Below are positions 15,014 through 24,000 of a stretch of DNA of 24,000 bases, piece by piece. The notes beneath the pieces are model-generated. The model saw only the letters and a program-made list of their open reading frames with translations, did no database searches and was not told the origin of the DNA. Source of the DNA: Paludibaculum fermentans (GTDB lineage: Bacteria; Acidobacteriota; Terriglobia; Bryobacterales; Bryobacteraceae); contig NZ_CP063849.1 in the NCBI RefSeq assembly GCF_015277775.1, positions 9,288,711 to 9,312,710 of the forward strand. The letters run 5' to 3'. The position numbers and the translations under genes were made by a program. The stretch's first letter is position 1. Each line of letters starts with the position of its first letter.

Positions 15014-17737
15014 ATGGCTTGCCGGGGAAAGCGTCGAATGATCGCTCCCTCGCATGGAATGACCATTCTGTGCCTGTTGGCGATGACGGCCGGAGTGCGG
15101 GCGGGCCAACCGTCCACGCCGGGCGCGGAGGTGTCTCCGCCCAAGCGCAATGTCCTGATCCTGAACTCCTATCACCAGAACTTCCCCTGGACGAATGATC
15201 TCGTGCTGGGCGTGGAGGACGTGCTGTCGTCGCTGCCTTTCGAGGTGGAGGTCTGGACGGAGTTCCTGGACGCGAAACGCAAGAGCGGCCCGGCCCACGA
15301 GGCCTGGATGCAGGAGACTCTGCGGGAGAAGTACCGGACCCTGCGGCTGGATCTCATTGTTTCCTCGGACGACGACGCCCTCCAGTTCCTGCTGAAGCAC
15401 CGCGACAACCTGTTCGGCCCCGTGCCCGTCGTATTTTCCGGAGTTTCCAGCCCGGAGCTCATCCAGCAACTGCCGAGGGATTCGTACACGGGGGTAGTGG
15501 AGGAGTTTGATCTCCAGAGCTACCTGGACACGGCGCTGCGGCTCTTCCCGAAGGTACGGCACGTGTTTGTGGTCTCCGACGCATCGGCTTCGAACCAGGT
15601 ACACCTGCGGGCGTTGCGGAACATTGCACGGCGGCGGACTCCGCTGCATTTCGAATTCCTGGACGGCTCGCTGCTGTCGTTCGGCCAGATCCTGGAGCAG
15701 TTGCGGGCGTTGCCGCCGGATTCCATGGTGATGACGACGAGCTTTACCCACGACAGTTCCGGCCTGTATGTGCCGCTGGCGGACGCGGGCGCCCAGATCG
15801 TGCGGGCCGCGGGGGCGGCGCCTGTGTTCAGTCCGAACAGCGCGCAACTGGGCCAGGGGCTTGCGGGGGGCTGCGCCAACAACGGCCGCGCGCATGGCCT
15901 GCAGGCCGGCAATCTCGCGAAGCGGGTGCTGGAAGGCGCGGCGCCCGGGGGCATGTCGCTGGTGCGGCACGGCGTGCTCCAGATGGTGCTCGACTATGCG
16001 GTGCTGGAGCGGCATGGGGTGGCCCCCGGGCTGATCCCGGCCGGCGTGCTGGTGATCAACCGGCCCGACAGGATGACCGATTTCTATGCCCGCAACCGCC
16101 GTCTGCTATGGGCCGGCGCGGCCTTTACACTGATCCAGTTCCTGATCATCGCCGCGATGGTGGCGAATGTCCTGCGGCGGCGGCTGGCGGAGCGGCAACT
16201 GCGCGCCAGCCAGGCTCACCTGGAACGGGCCCAGAAGCTGGCCCGCCTCGGCAGTTGGGAAAAGGATCCGCACACGGGGGCGCTTCGCTGGTCCGATGAG
16301 GTCTACCGGATCCATGGGCTGAATTCGGAAATCTTCGAGCCTACGTTCGACCACCTGATGGAACTTGTCCATCCGGATGACCGCGAGCGCATCCGGACCA
16401 TGGCCATGACGGCCGATAAGGAGTCGCGGAACCGGGCCATGGAGTACCGGATCATGCGCCCGGACGGCCGGGTCCGCCACGTCCGGTCCTACGGCGAGTT
16501 CACCCAGTTGCGGGACGGCCGGCACATGGTGATGGGCACGGTGCAGGACGTGACGGAGATGAAGGAGATTGAGGAGCAGTTCCGCCATGTGCAGCGCGTG
16601 GAGTCGCTGGGTACCCTGGCCGGCGGGATTGCCCACGACTTCAATAACCTGCTGACGGTCATCAACGGCTACAGCCAAATGCTGCTGGGGCGCATCGGGG
16701 AAGGGGACCAGAACCGCCGGCTGCTGGTCGAAATTCAAAGGGCCGGGCAGCGCGCGGCCGACCTGACGAGGCAGCTTCTGGCGTTCAGCCGCAAGCAGGT
16801 GCTGCAGCCGCAGGTTCTGGATCTGAATGAAGTGGTTGTGTCCATGCAGGGTTTGCTCGTCCCTCTGCTGGGTGAGACCGTGGAACTTCGATTCCAGACC
16901 GCAAAGCCGCTGATGAGGGTGCGGGCCGACCGGACCCAACTGGCGCAGGTCCTGCTGAACCTGGCGGCCAATGCGCACGATGCGATGCCGGTGGGCGGCG
17001 CGTTCACGATCCGGACCGCGAATGAGGAGATCACCGAGGCGCGCTCGTCCCAGTCGATGGATCTCCAGCCGGGTTCCTATGTGGCGCTGTACGCCATGGA
17101 CACGGGCTCGGGCATGGACGAGGCGACGCGGGAGCGGATTTTTGAGCCGTTCTTCACAACCAAAGAGGTAGGGAAGGGCACCGGACTGGGGCTGTCCAGC
17201 GTGTATGGAATCGTGAAGCAGAGCGGTGGGCACATCTCCGTCTTCAGCAAGCCGGGCCAGGGCGCGACGTTCCGTATCCTGCTGCCGGCGGTGGGTGACC
17301 CGGAAGCCGAGGCCGCGGTGCAGTCGTGGGGGCCCGGCAGGCAGGCCAGCCAGCACGTCATTCTGCTGGTGGAAGATCAGGGGCAGGTGCGGGAACTTGC
17401 GCGGGAGACTTTGTCCCAGTTGGGCTACCGGACGTACGCGGCGTCCAGCGGCGAGCAGGCGCTGGAACTGTTCGGCAAGGCGGATCCACCGGTGGAGCTA
17501 CTCATCACCGACGTCGTGATGCCGGGCATGAGCGGACCGGAACTCGCTGAGCGGCTGCTGCAGCTCAATCCCAGGCTCGGCGTGCTCTACATCTCGGGCT
17601 ATCCCGGTGATTCATTGGAATACGAGAACGGTTCCGGGACGGGTCGCATCCTGCGTAAGCCATTCCTTCCGAAAGACTTGGAAGTCATGGTGGAGGAAAT
17701 GCTCGCCGCGGTGGGTGAACCTGACGGAGTGGAATGA
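15014..17737 (+). CDS. Hybrid sensor histidine kinase: ABC-type periplasmic-binding-like sensor, TM, PAS/PAC, HisKA, HATPase, C-terminal receiver
   Basis: [28 protein letters not shown] (sensor), [28 protein letters not shown]-like segment, [28 protein letters not shown] (H-box), [39 protein letters not shown], and [13 protein letters not shown]...[13 protein letters not shown] (REC). An alternative start is at 15038. Confidence 0.93.
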   Translation: MACRGKRRMIAPSHGMTILCLLAMTAGVRAGQPSTPGAEVSPPKRNVLILNSYHQNFPWTNDLVLGVEDVLSSLPFEVEVWTEFLDAKRKSGPAHEAWMQETLREKYRTLRLDLIVSSDDDALQFLLKHRDNLFGPVPVVFSGVSSPELIQQLPRDSYTGVVEEFDLQSYLDTALRLFPKVRHVFVVSDASASNQVHLRALRNIARRRTPLHFEFLDGSLLSFGQILEQLRALPPDSMVMTTSFTHDSSGLYVPLADAGAQIVRAAGAAPVFSPNSAQLGQGLAGGCANNGRAHGLQAGNLAKRVLEGAAPGGMSLVRHGVLQMVLDYAVLERHGVAPGLIPAGVLVINRPDRMTDFYARNRRLLWAGAAFTLIQFLIIAAMVANVLRRRLAERQLRASQAHLERAQKLARLGSWEKDPHTGALRWSDEVYRIHGLNSEIFEPTFDHLMELVHPDDRERIRTMAMTADKESRNRAMEYRIMRPDGRVRHVRSYGEFTQLRDGRHMVMGTVQDVTEMKEIEEQFRHVQRVESLGTLAGGIAHDFNNLLTVINGYSQMLLGRIGEGDQNRRLLVEIQRAGQRAADLTRQLLAFSRKQVLQPQVLDLNEVVVSMQGLLVPLLGETVELRFQTAKPLMRVRADRTQLAQVLLNLAANAHDAMPVGGAFTIRTANEEITEARSSQSMDLQPGSYVALYAMDTGSGMDEATRERIFEPFFTTKEVGKGTGLGLSSVYGIVKQSGGHISVFSKPGQGATFRILLPAVGDPEAEAAVQSWGPGRQASQHVILLVEDQGQVRELARETLSQLGYRTYAASSGEQALELFGKADPPVELLITDVVMPGMSGPELAERLLQLNPRLGVLYISGYPGDSLEYENGSGTGRILRKPFLPKDLEVMVEEMLAAVGEPDGVE

Positions 17738-17802
17738 TTTGGAGCGCTTTTCCGCATGCTGCTAGACTGGAAAGTAGTCCGGTTAGCTTCTGAGTTCGCA
17801 GG

Positions 17803-18390
17803 ATGCTCCTCGCCAAAGAATTCGTCACTTATCTAAGCCGCCAACTGGCAGCAAAGCTTGGTTCCAACATCATCGAAATCTCCAACCCCACCGCCGTGGC
17901 GGAGTTGATGGGGACGATCATTACCGATGAGTTGTCCGTGGAAGACAAGCTGAATGACGAGGTGCGCACGCTGTTGGAAGAGTACTCCGTGTACATGTCC
18001 AACAACAGCATCAGTTATTCGGAGATGTTCCGCCGCATCAAGAACCAGTTGGTTGCCCAGCGCAAAGTGGTGAAGGCCAGCGGCCGCGATACCGGCGATC
18101 CGATGAAGCTGAGCCGCGACAAGATCAACGAGATCTCGCATAAAGTGGTCACCGCGCTGCGCAAATCGCGGGATTGCCGCTTTCGCCGGGATTCCAATGA
18201 CGTGCGGCTGGAACTGGTCCGGCTGATCTCCGAGATCCTGCAGAATGAAGACAAGGCGGAGAAGGCGGCACGCGCCAAGATCCGCACGATGAAGAAGGAA
18301 ATTCCCGAGGGCAGCGAGGAGTGGGATCTGCTGCACAAGCGGTATTACGCCGAAGAGCTCCGGAATTTCGGTATCGACCTGGCTCACTAG
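17803..18390 (+). CDS. DUF507 family protein
   Basis: MLLAKEFVTYLSRQLAAKLGSNIIEI...VEDKLNDEVRTLLEEY...SRDKINEISHKVVTALRKS...DVRLELVRLISEILQNEDKAEKAARAKIRTMKKEIPEGSEEWDLLHKRYYAEELRNFGI. Confidence 0.88.
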   Translation: MLLAKEFVTYLSRQLAAKLGSNIIEISNPTAVAELMGTIITDELSVEDKLNDEVRTLLEEYSVYMSNNSISYSEMFRRIKNQLVAQRKVVKASGRDTGDPMKLSRDKINEISHKVVTALRKSRDCRFRRDSNDVRLELVRLISEILQNEDKAEKAARAKIRTMKKEIPEGSEEWDLLHKRYYAEELRNFGIDLAH

Positions 18391-18472
18391 TCCAAGCGTC
18401 CCCCCCAAGGCCCGTCCCTCCGCGCTCCTGGGCCTTCCCCTCGTTCGTCCCCGCCTGTGCAGTAAGATACCC

Positions 18473-19417
18473 ATGATGCAGATCCCCTCGTTGGTCGTCA
18501 CCGGTTCGTTGAACATGGACTTTGTGGTGCAGGTCGACCGTCTGCCCGCGCCCGGAGAGACCACGCTGGGCGGCAACTTCCAGATGATCCCGGGCGGCAA
18601 GGGCGCGAACCAGGCGTGCGCAGCCGGGAAGCTGGCGACGAACGGCCGGGTGCGGATGGTGGGGTGCGTCGGGCTGGATCCGTTTGCCGACCATCTGAAG
18701 GCGAGCCTGGCGGCGGCGGGCGTGGACGTTTCCACTGTGCGTGCCGCGCGGCAGACCCCCACGGGTGTGGCGCTGATCTGGGTGGAGAAGTCGGGGCAGA
18801 ACTCGATCGTGGTGGCTCCGGGTGCCAATGCGATGCTGGCGCCGGGCGATATCGAGTCGGCCCACGCGGCTTATGAAGGAGCGCGTTGCGCCCTGTTCCA
18901 GCTCGAGACTCCGCTGGAGGCCGTGGCGGCGGCGATGCGCGCCGGCCACAAGGCAGGGGCGCTGACGATCCTGGATCCGGCTCCGGCGCGGCGGCTGCCG
19001 GCCGAGTTGCTGGCGCTTGTCGACATCCTAACTCCGAACGAGAGCGAGGCGTGCATCCTGCTGGATCGGGTACCGACCCGGGTGACCTTTGCCGAGGCGC
19101 CGGAGATCGCCAGGGCGTTGCGCGCTCTGGGGCCGAAGGCCGTGGTGTTGAAGTTGGGTGACCAGGGCTGCTTCTACTCGGATGACCAGCGGGAACTCGC
19201 CGTGCAAGGTTTCACGGTCGAGGTAGTGGATACAACCGCGGCGGGCGATACGTTTAACGCGGGATTGGCCGTGGCATTGGCCGAGGGCTTCGAAATCCCC
19301 ACGGCATTGCGGTTTGCCAACGCGGCGGCGGCGCTCTCCGTGACACGCCTGGGCGCACAGGCCTCGGCGCCATCGAGGGAAGAAGTCGACGCGTTTATTG
19401 CCCGGTCGGACGGGTAG
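18473..19417 (+). CDS. rbsK: Ribokinase / PfkB-family sugar kinase
   Basis: VVTGSLNMDFVVQVDRLPAPGETTLGGNFQMIPGGKGANQACAAGKL, TPTGVALIWVEKSGQNSIVVAPGAN, LTPNESEA, VEVVDTTAAGDTFNAGLAVALAEG. Confidence 0.9.
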   Translation: MMQIPSLVVTGSLNMDFVVQVDRLPAPGETTLGGNFQMIPGGKGANQACAAGKLATNGRVRMVGCVGLDPFADHLKASLAAAGVDVSTVRAARQTPTGVALIWVEKSGQNSIVVAPGANAMLAPGDIESAHAAYEGARCALFQLETPLEAVAAAMRAGHKAGALTILDPAPARRLPAELLALVDILTPNESEACILLDRVPTRVTFAEAPEIARALRALGPKAVVLKLGDQGCFYSDDQRELAVQGFTVEVVDTTAAGDTFNAGLAVALAEGFEIPTALRFANAAAALSVTRLGAQASAPSREEVDAFIARSDG

Positions 19418-21020
19418 CGAGCACGGCCCAGTCGGAGTTCGAATAGACCGGCGTGGCGGCCGGGGGCCGATTGGCGGTGCGGACTACGATGTAGTCGACG
19501 CCCATGGCGCGATAGTCTTCCAGCGGCAGCAGCGGCAGTTTCGCCTCGTGCACAGCGTTCCAGCGTTGCCACCACAGGCGGGCAAAATCCTCCAGCAGAT
19601 TGGCCTGCCCGCCGCCCTTCCAATCGACATAGATGCTGCGCTTGGCATCGTTACGGAAGACGCCGGGCTGCAGGCCGTGGCCGACATCGGCGAACAGGAA
19701 CATGGCGTCCTGCGGCGTGGACTCGTGTGCCCAGGCAGAGAGTGCCCGCAGTGGAGCGGTGTGGAGCACAGGATAGTTCCGGACCCCGCCGAAGCCGGGG
19801 ATCAGGAAGATCGCGGCGGCGGGTACCAGGACGGCCGTGCGCGGCCACTTTACAGCCATGACCGCGACAGCGGCCAGGGCAAGAACGAGCGTCAGTTTCC
19901 GGGCGTCCGGCACCGTGAAGAGCTGAATCACGAGGCCGTTCGTGGGAATTGCGAAGACCACGACGAACCAGGCGAACGCTTCCAGGCGGCGGCCCGCCGT
20001 GGCGGCGTGCCATCCGGCAGCCACGCCGAGCAGCAGGGCCATGGCAGTGATGAAGAGCACGGCGCGGGCCGGCTGGAACTGCGGCATGAGGATCCACTTG
20101 CCGACATCCAGCAGCAGGTATTGCAGCGGCACCATCAACATGCCGTAGACGGCCACGGCGAGTGAGAAGAAGCGGGCCTCCGGCGACAAGCGCGTCCGGA
20201 TGCGCCACCAGGCGCCCGCGCTGAAGAGCAGCAGGGCCGGATATTGCCAGAACCAGGGGCTCGGCCAGAACTGGATCCAGTTGTACATCGCCCGGAACTT
20301 CTGCACGGTTTCGAGCTGGGTGGGGATGACACCGAACCAGACCTGCCGTTCCGTCTCCCCATGCTGCAGGGTTGCGCAGAGGAGCACCGTGCCGATGGCG
20401 GCGGCGCAGCCGACGGCCAGCGGCCAAAGCTCCCTGCGCGATTTGGAGACCAGGAAGTAGAGGGCGGCGCAGGCCCAGAAGGGAGCGGTGGAGGTGGGGT
20501 GGTAGATGGTGGCCAGGAAGGCCAGGACAGCGGACACGCGCCAGTAGCGGTTGGCGGCGCAGCCGAAGGCGCCCATTAAGAGGAGGATGGCGAAGGCGCG
20601 CGGTACGGGCTCGTACTCCAGGGTGAGGACCGCCGGGCCGTTGATCACGGCGCCGAGTCCGAAGCAGGCGGCGGCAAAAAGGGCGGCGGGCAGGCCGAGT
20701 CCCATTGCCTGGGCGAGCAGGAAGGCGCCGGCCAGGCCTATGAAGCGGAAGACGAGCTGCTGGCCGCCCAGGACCTGTTCCAGGTCCGCTCCGGTGAGGT
20801 GGCGCAGACCGAAGGCGATCTCGTCATACAGGGTCCAGGTAACATGCGGGCGAAGGGCGAGTTCGTCCTTGGGAACCAACGCCGGATCCAGCATGCGATC
20901 CAGCATGGGCGCGTAGATCTGGGTATCGGACTGGAGCCAGGTGTGGCCCGGAAACACGAAGAAACCCAGCAGCGTCAGCACCAGGAGAACGAACGCGATG
21001 GCCGGGTACTGCTGCTTCAC
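19395..21020 (-). CDS. Multi-pass membrane protein, possibly GT-C-like
   Basis: 541 aa with about 10 hydrophobic segments and a short C-terminal soluble domain ending DYRAMGVDYIVVRTANRPPAATPVYSNSDWAVLAT. Confidence 0.78.
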   Translation of the reverse strand: MKQQYPAIAFVLLVLTLLGFFVFPGHTWLQSDTQIYAPMLDRMLDPALVPKDELALRPHVTWTLYDEIAFGLRHLTGADLEQVLGGQQLVFRFIGLAGAFLLAQAMGLGLPAALFAAACFGLGAVINGPAVLTLEYEPVPRAFAILLLMGAFGCAANRYWRVSAVLAFLATIYHPTSTAPFWACAALYFLVSKSRRELWPLAVGCAAAIGTVLLCATLQHGETERQVWFGVIPTQLETVQKFRAMYNWIQFWPSPWFWQYPALLLFSAGAWWRIRTRLSPEARFFSLAVAVYGMLMVPLQYLLLDVGKWILMPQFQPARAVLFITAMALLLGVAAGWHAATAGRRLEAFAWFVVVFAIPTNGLVIQLFTVPDARKLTLVLALAAVAVMAVKWPRTAVLVPAAAIFLIPGFGGVRNYPVLHTAPLRALSAWAHESTPQDAMFLFADVGHGLQPGVFRNDAKRSIYVDWKGGGQANLLEDFARLWWQRWNAVHEAKLPLLPLEDYRAMGVDYIVVRTANRPPAATPVYSNSDWAVLATRPTGQ

Positions 21021-21700
21021 TTCTCGGGCGTCTTTTCCAGTTGTTGCTTGGTCCAGAGGCGCTCAGGGTGGAGTTCCTGGCTCTTGGCGAGGGCCTTGCG
21101 GGCATCGGCGTTGCGCGCCAGTTTGCGCAGGATGATGCCCTTCCACAACCAGGCGTCGGCATCCTTGGGATCGAGTTCCAGCGCCTTGTCGACATCCTTG
21201 AGAGCGAGTTCGGGGCCGCCGCCGAAGGAGGCCGGCAGATAGTAGTTGCCGACGGCGCGGCTGAGGTAGCCGGAGGCGGCCTTGGGCGCCAGCTCGACGG
21301 CCTTGTTCACTTCGTCGAGGGCGCACTTGCCGTACTTCATCCCGGCGAGCACGTTGGCGGGGATCACCTGGCCGCAGAGCGTGCCCAGGATCCTGTGGTA
21401 CTCGCCCATGTTGGGCTTGAGGGCGACGGCCTTTTCGGCCACGCGGATGCCGGCCTCGGCGGCGCCGCGGGCGGCGTTCTTGTCGCGCAGCTCCATCGAG
21501 ACTTCCGCGCGGATCAACTGGGCCTGGGCGGCTTTATAGAGGACCGCGGCGTCATTCGATTTGGCCTGGGCCTCGGAGTCGGCAGCGGCGGCGATTTTGT
21601 CGAGGGCCGCACGGTCCTGGGCGTCGCGCGCCTTGAGGAGATCGGCCGGCAGATCGGCCGCGAAACAGGATGCCATCAGAAGGGGAAGCAGGATCCGCAT
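21017..21700 (-). CDS. Exported TPR-repeat protein
   Basis: Signal peptide MRILLPLLMASCFAADLPAD and TPR-like repeats (DALKLDPKDADAWLWKGIILRKLAR-type). ATGA overlap with the downstream membrane-protein gene. Confidence 0.82.
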   Translation of the reverse strand: MRILLPLLMASCFAADLPADLLKARDAQDRAALDKIAAAADSEAQAKSNDAAVLYKAAQAQLIRAEVSMELRDKNAARGAAEAGIRVAEKAVALKPNMGEYHRILGTLCGQVIPANVLAGMKYGKCALDEVNKAVELAPKAASGYLSRAVGNYYLPASFGGGPELALKDVDKALELDPKDADAWLWKGIILRKLARNADARKALAKSQELHPERLWTKQQLEKTPEK

Positions 21701-21754
21701 GGAACAATTCACCATTCTATCCAGACGCGTCTCGCAGGGCGCGTGGTTACCAGA

Positions 21755-22960
21755 TCATAGGGCGGCGATCTTGCGCTGAACCAGCAGTAGGTAGAGGGCC
21801 AGACATGCCAGCACTACGCCATACACCGTGACAACAATGGGCGCACCCAAGTGGGGCACCAGGGAGCCGGTGATGAGGCTGCCGATGGGCATGCCGCCGC
21901 GGAAAGCAACGTTGTAGATGCTCATTACGCGGCCTCGCATTTCATCGGTCGCCACCATTTGCACCAGCGAGCTGAGGAGTGAAAAACAGGCGATCAGCCC
22001 CATGCCGGCCAGGAAGAGGAAGACCAGGGCCACGTATAGATTGCGGCTCAGGGCAAAGGCCGCCTCGAAGACGCCGAGCCCGATGAGGGCCAGAATCGCA
22101 TCGCGGCCCACGCCCGCGCCCTTGCCGCGCGCGGCCACCATCAGCCCGCCGCAGATGGCGCCGGCCGCTTCCACCGAAAGCAGAAGAGTATAGGTGGCGG
22201 CCGTGCCCCCGAAGACTTCCTTGGCGAAGACGGGCAGAAAGACGATGATGGGGATGCCCAGGAACGTACAGACGAAGGCAACCCAGATGAGCGGCAGCAT
22301 TTCGGGCTTCTGGCGGATGAAGGCGATGCCGCCCTTCATGCTCTCCATTACGGTCTCTTTGGTCTTGCCCGGGGTGAAGTCGATGGTGATGAGCAGCAGC
22401 GAGATGATCACCGCCACGAAGCTGAGGCCATTCAAGCCGAAGCACCAGGCGGCGCCCAGGCTGGTCAGGGCAAAGCCGCCGATCACCGGGCCGATGACGC
22501 GCGCCAGGTTGAACTGGATGGAGTTCAGGGCGATGGCGTTGGGCAGGTTCTCGCGGGGGACCAGGGAGGGAATCAGCGACTGATAGGCGGGTGCTCCAAA
22601 AGCCTGAGCGACGCCCACGACGAAGCTGAGGGTGAGGATCTGCCAGACGCTGGCGTGGTTGGTGGCGAAGAGGATGGCCAGCAGGAAGGCGCAGCTCATC
22701 TGCACGAACTGTGAGACGAGCAACACCCGGCGGCGGTCGAAACGATCGGCCGCGACGCCGGCGAACATAGCCAGCACGAAGATGGGCGTCCCGCCGAGGA
22801 ACGAATCCAGCCCGAGATAGAAGGGCGATCCGGACAGCTTCAGCACCATCCAGCTTTGAGCCAGACTCTGCATCCAGGTCCCAATGCTGGAGGTGCAGGC
22901 GCCTGCCCACATCAACCGGAAGTTTCGGGATTCGAAGGCGGTAAAGATCCGGCTTAGCAA
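21755..22960 (-). CDS. MFS transporter (EntS/DUF894-like)
   Basis: FESRNFRLMWAGACTSSIGTWMQSLAQSWMVLKLSGSPFYLGLDSFLGGTPIFVLAMFAGVAADRFDRRRVLL; 12-TM-like pattern. Confidence 0.92.
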   Translation of the reverse strand: MLSRIFTAFESRNFRLMWAGACTSSIGTWMQSLAQSWMVLKLSGSPFYLGLDSFLGGTPIFVLAMFAGVAADRFDRRRVLLVSQFVQMSCAFLLAILFATNHASVWQILTLSFVVGVAQAFGAPAYQSLIPSLVPRENLPNAIALNSIQFNLARVIGPVIGGFALTSLGAAWCFGLNGLSFVAVIISLLLITIDFTPGKTKETVMESMKGGIAFIRQKPEMLPLIWVAFVCTFLGIPIIVFLPVFAKEVFGGTAATYTLLLSVEAAGAICGGLMVAARGKGAGVGRDAILALIGLGVFEAAFALSRNLYVALVFLFLAGMGLIACFSLLSSLVQMVATDEMRGRVMSIYNVAFRGGMPIGSLITGSLVPHLGAPIVVTVYGVVLACLALYLLLVQRKIAAL

Positions 22961-22972
22961 TGGGCGGTACCG

Positions 22973-23350
22973 TTACGGCAGAGGCTGGGGACGCGAGATG
23001 AGATGCAGAATGTTGCCATCCGCGTCAGCGAAGAAGAGCAGGCGGTTGCCTTTGAGGTTGAGCGGTTCCCCGAGGAACTTGACGCCCTTGCCTTTCAGGT
23101 CTTCCTGGCCGGCGTCGAAGTCGCTGACCGAGACCGCGATATGGCGGATGCCCGGGGTGCGCATGGCGGTTTCGGGCGCATTGCCCTGTGATGGAATGAT
23201 CTCCAGCATGGCGCCGTCGGGGGCTTTCACGAAGAAGTTGCCGTCGTATTCGTGATTGATCCGGAAACCCAGCGTGTCGACGTACCACTGTGCGAGCCGC
23301 TTTGGTTCAGGGGAGGCCAGGGCCGTATGCTCCAGTCCAGTGAACAACAT
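22973..23350 (-). CDS. VOC-family (glyoxalase/bleomycin resistance-like) protein
   Basis: LEHTALASPEPKRLAQWYVDTLGFRINHEYDGNFFVKAPDGAMLEIIPS...IRHIAVSVSDFDAGQEDLKGKGVKFLGE...LLFFADADGNILHLI. Confidence 0.9.
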   Translation of the reverse strand: MLFTGLEHTALASPEPKRLAQWYVDTLGFRINHEYDGNFFVKAPDGAMLEIIPSQGNAPETAMRTPGIRHIAVSVSDFDAGQEDLKGKGVKFLGEPLNLKGNRLLFFADADGNILHLISRPQPLP

Positions 23351-23404
23351 TATCTAAGTCTAGCAAGCGCACCCGCGTTTCGCGCCGCCGAGGGACGAGA
23401 GTTT

Positions 23405-24000
23405 TCAGGTGCGGTAGCTGGCGTTGATGTCGATATAGCCATGGGTGAGGTCGCAGGTCCAGAAGCGGCAGGAGCCCTTGCCCTCGCCAGCAATGAGGAA
23501 GCGGATGCTGCAGTCCTTCTCGTCGAGCCTGGTCTTCAGGGCTGCCTCGTCAAACGGGGCGGCGAGTCCCCTGCGGCAAACTTTTACACCTTGCAGGAAG
23601 ATGTCGACCTGTTCGGGTTCAAAAGTCGCGCCGGAGTAGCCGGCCGCGCACAGGATGCGGCCCCAGTTGGCATCGCTGCCGGCGATGGCGGTCTTGACGA
23701 GTGGGGAGTTGGCGATGGCGCGGGCGATGCGGGTGGCGGAGGCCTCGTCCTTCGCCCCTGAGACTTCGATCTCGACGAACTTCTGGGCGCCTTCGCCATC
23801 GCGGGCGATCTGTTTGGCGAGGGACTGGCAGACCTCGTCGAGCGCGGCCTGGAACTCTTCCCGTTTGGGCCTGATGCCGCTGGCGCCGTTGGCCAGGACC
23901 AGCAGGGTGTCGTTGGTGCTCATGTCGCCGTCGACGCTGAGCCGGTTGTAGCTGCGGCCGACGGCCACTTTCAGGCAGGACTGGAGGACGGTGGGCGAGA
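23405..24000 (-). CDS. argJ: Bifunctional glutamate N-acetyltransferase / amino-acid N-acetyltransferase, C-terminal part (start lies beyond the window)
   Basis: LSVDGDMSTNDTLLVLANGASG...SPLVKTAIAGSDANWGRILCAAGYSG...CDLTHGYIDINASYRT is a typical ArgJ beta-chain C-terminus. The frame stays open to 24000. Confidence 0.93.
   Translation of the reverse strand, partial: SPTVLQSCLKVAVGRSYNRLSVDGDMSTNDTLLVLANGASGIRPKREEFQAALDEVCQSLAKQIARDGEGAQKFVEIEVSGAKDEASATRIARAIANSPLVKTAIAGSDANWGRILCAAGYSGATFEPEQVDIFLQGVKVCRRGLAAPFDEAALKTRLDEKDCSIRFLIAGEGKGSCRFWTCDLTHGYIDINASYRT

Noticed and set aside
16106-17356. 416-aa minus-strand ORF antisense to the hybrid histidine kinase
   Set aside because: The sense strand carries canonical H-box, N/G-box motifs; the antisense ORF is a codon-bias artefact.
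19395-19417. Convergent 23-nt overlap between rbsK and the multi-TM protein gene
   Set aside because: Short convergent 3' overlaps are common in compact bacterial genomes and need no special explanation.
1-24000. Search for CRISPR arrays, defence islands, transposases, prophage genes, retrons or tRNA genes
   Set aside because: No regularly spaced repeats, cloverleaf-like segments, integrase/transposase or RT motifs were seen. Intergenic gaps are mostly short and the genes are housekeeping, signalling or transport.

Overview
24 kb of GC-rich, densely packed bacterial chromosome. The gene content (PEP-CTERM protein, ADOP/MacB-like permease, DUF507, selD-pyrF) suggests an Acidobacteriota-type genome (Bryobacterales/Solibacter-like); this is an inference, not shown. 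About 20 ordinary genes are readable: pmbA/tldD 3' end, DUF167, a metal-binding-domain protein, an SDR, a tartrate/isopropylmalate-type dehydrogenase, a CheY-CheX-CheW cluster, an ABC permease, a PEP-CTERM protein, a PDZ/membrane/GAF/SpoIIE phosphatase, selD, pyrF, DUF2203, a hybrid histidine kinase, DUF507, a ribokinase, a multi-TM protein, a TPR protein, an MFS transporter, a VOC protein and the 3' part of argJ. No CRISPR array, phage, transposon, rRNA or tRNA was found. The most informative observation is that selD is truncated in the supplied ORF track. In the same frame upstream, across one TGA codon (12900-12902), the sequence reads MKKLTAHVKAAG-U-ASKLSPKVLDQVL, which matches the conserved SelD N-terminus with Sec at the catalytic Cys position. 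A perfect 7-bp stem with a GGU apical loop follows 13 nt after the TGA, as expected for a bacterial SECIS. The second oddity is a CheY-like receiver domain fused in frame, with no stop, to a signal-peptide/TM-like stretch and a large apparently exported domain (864-2492).
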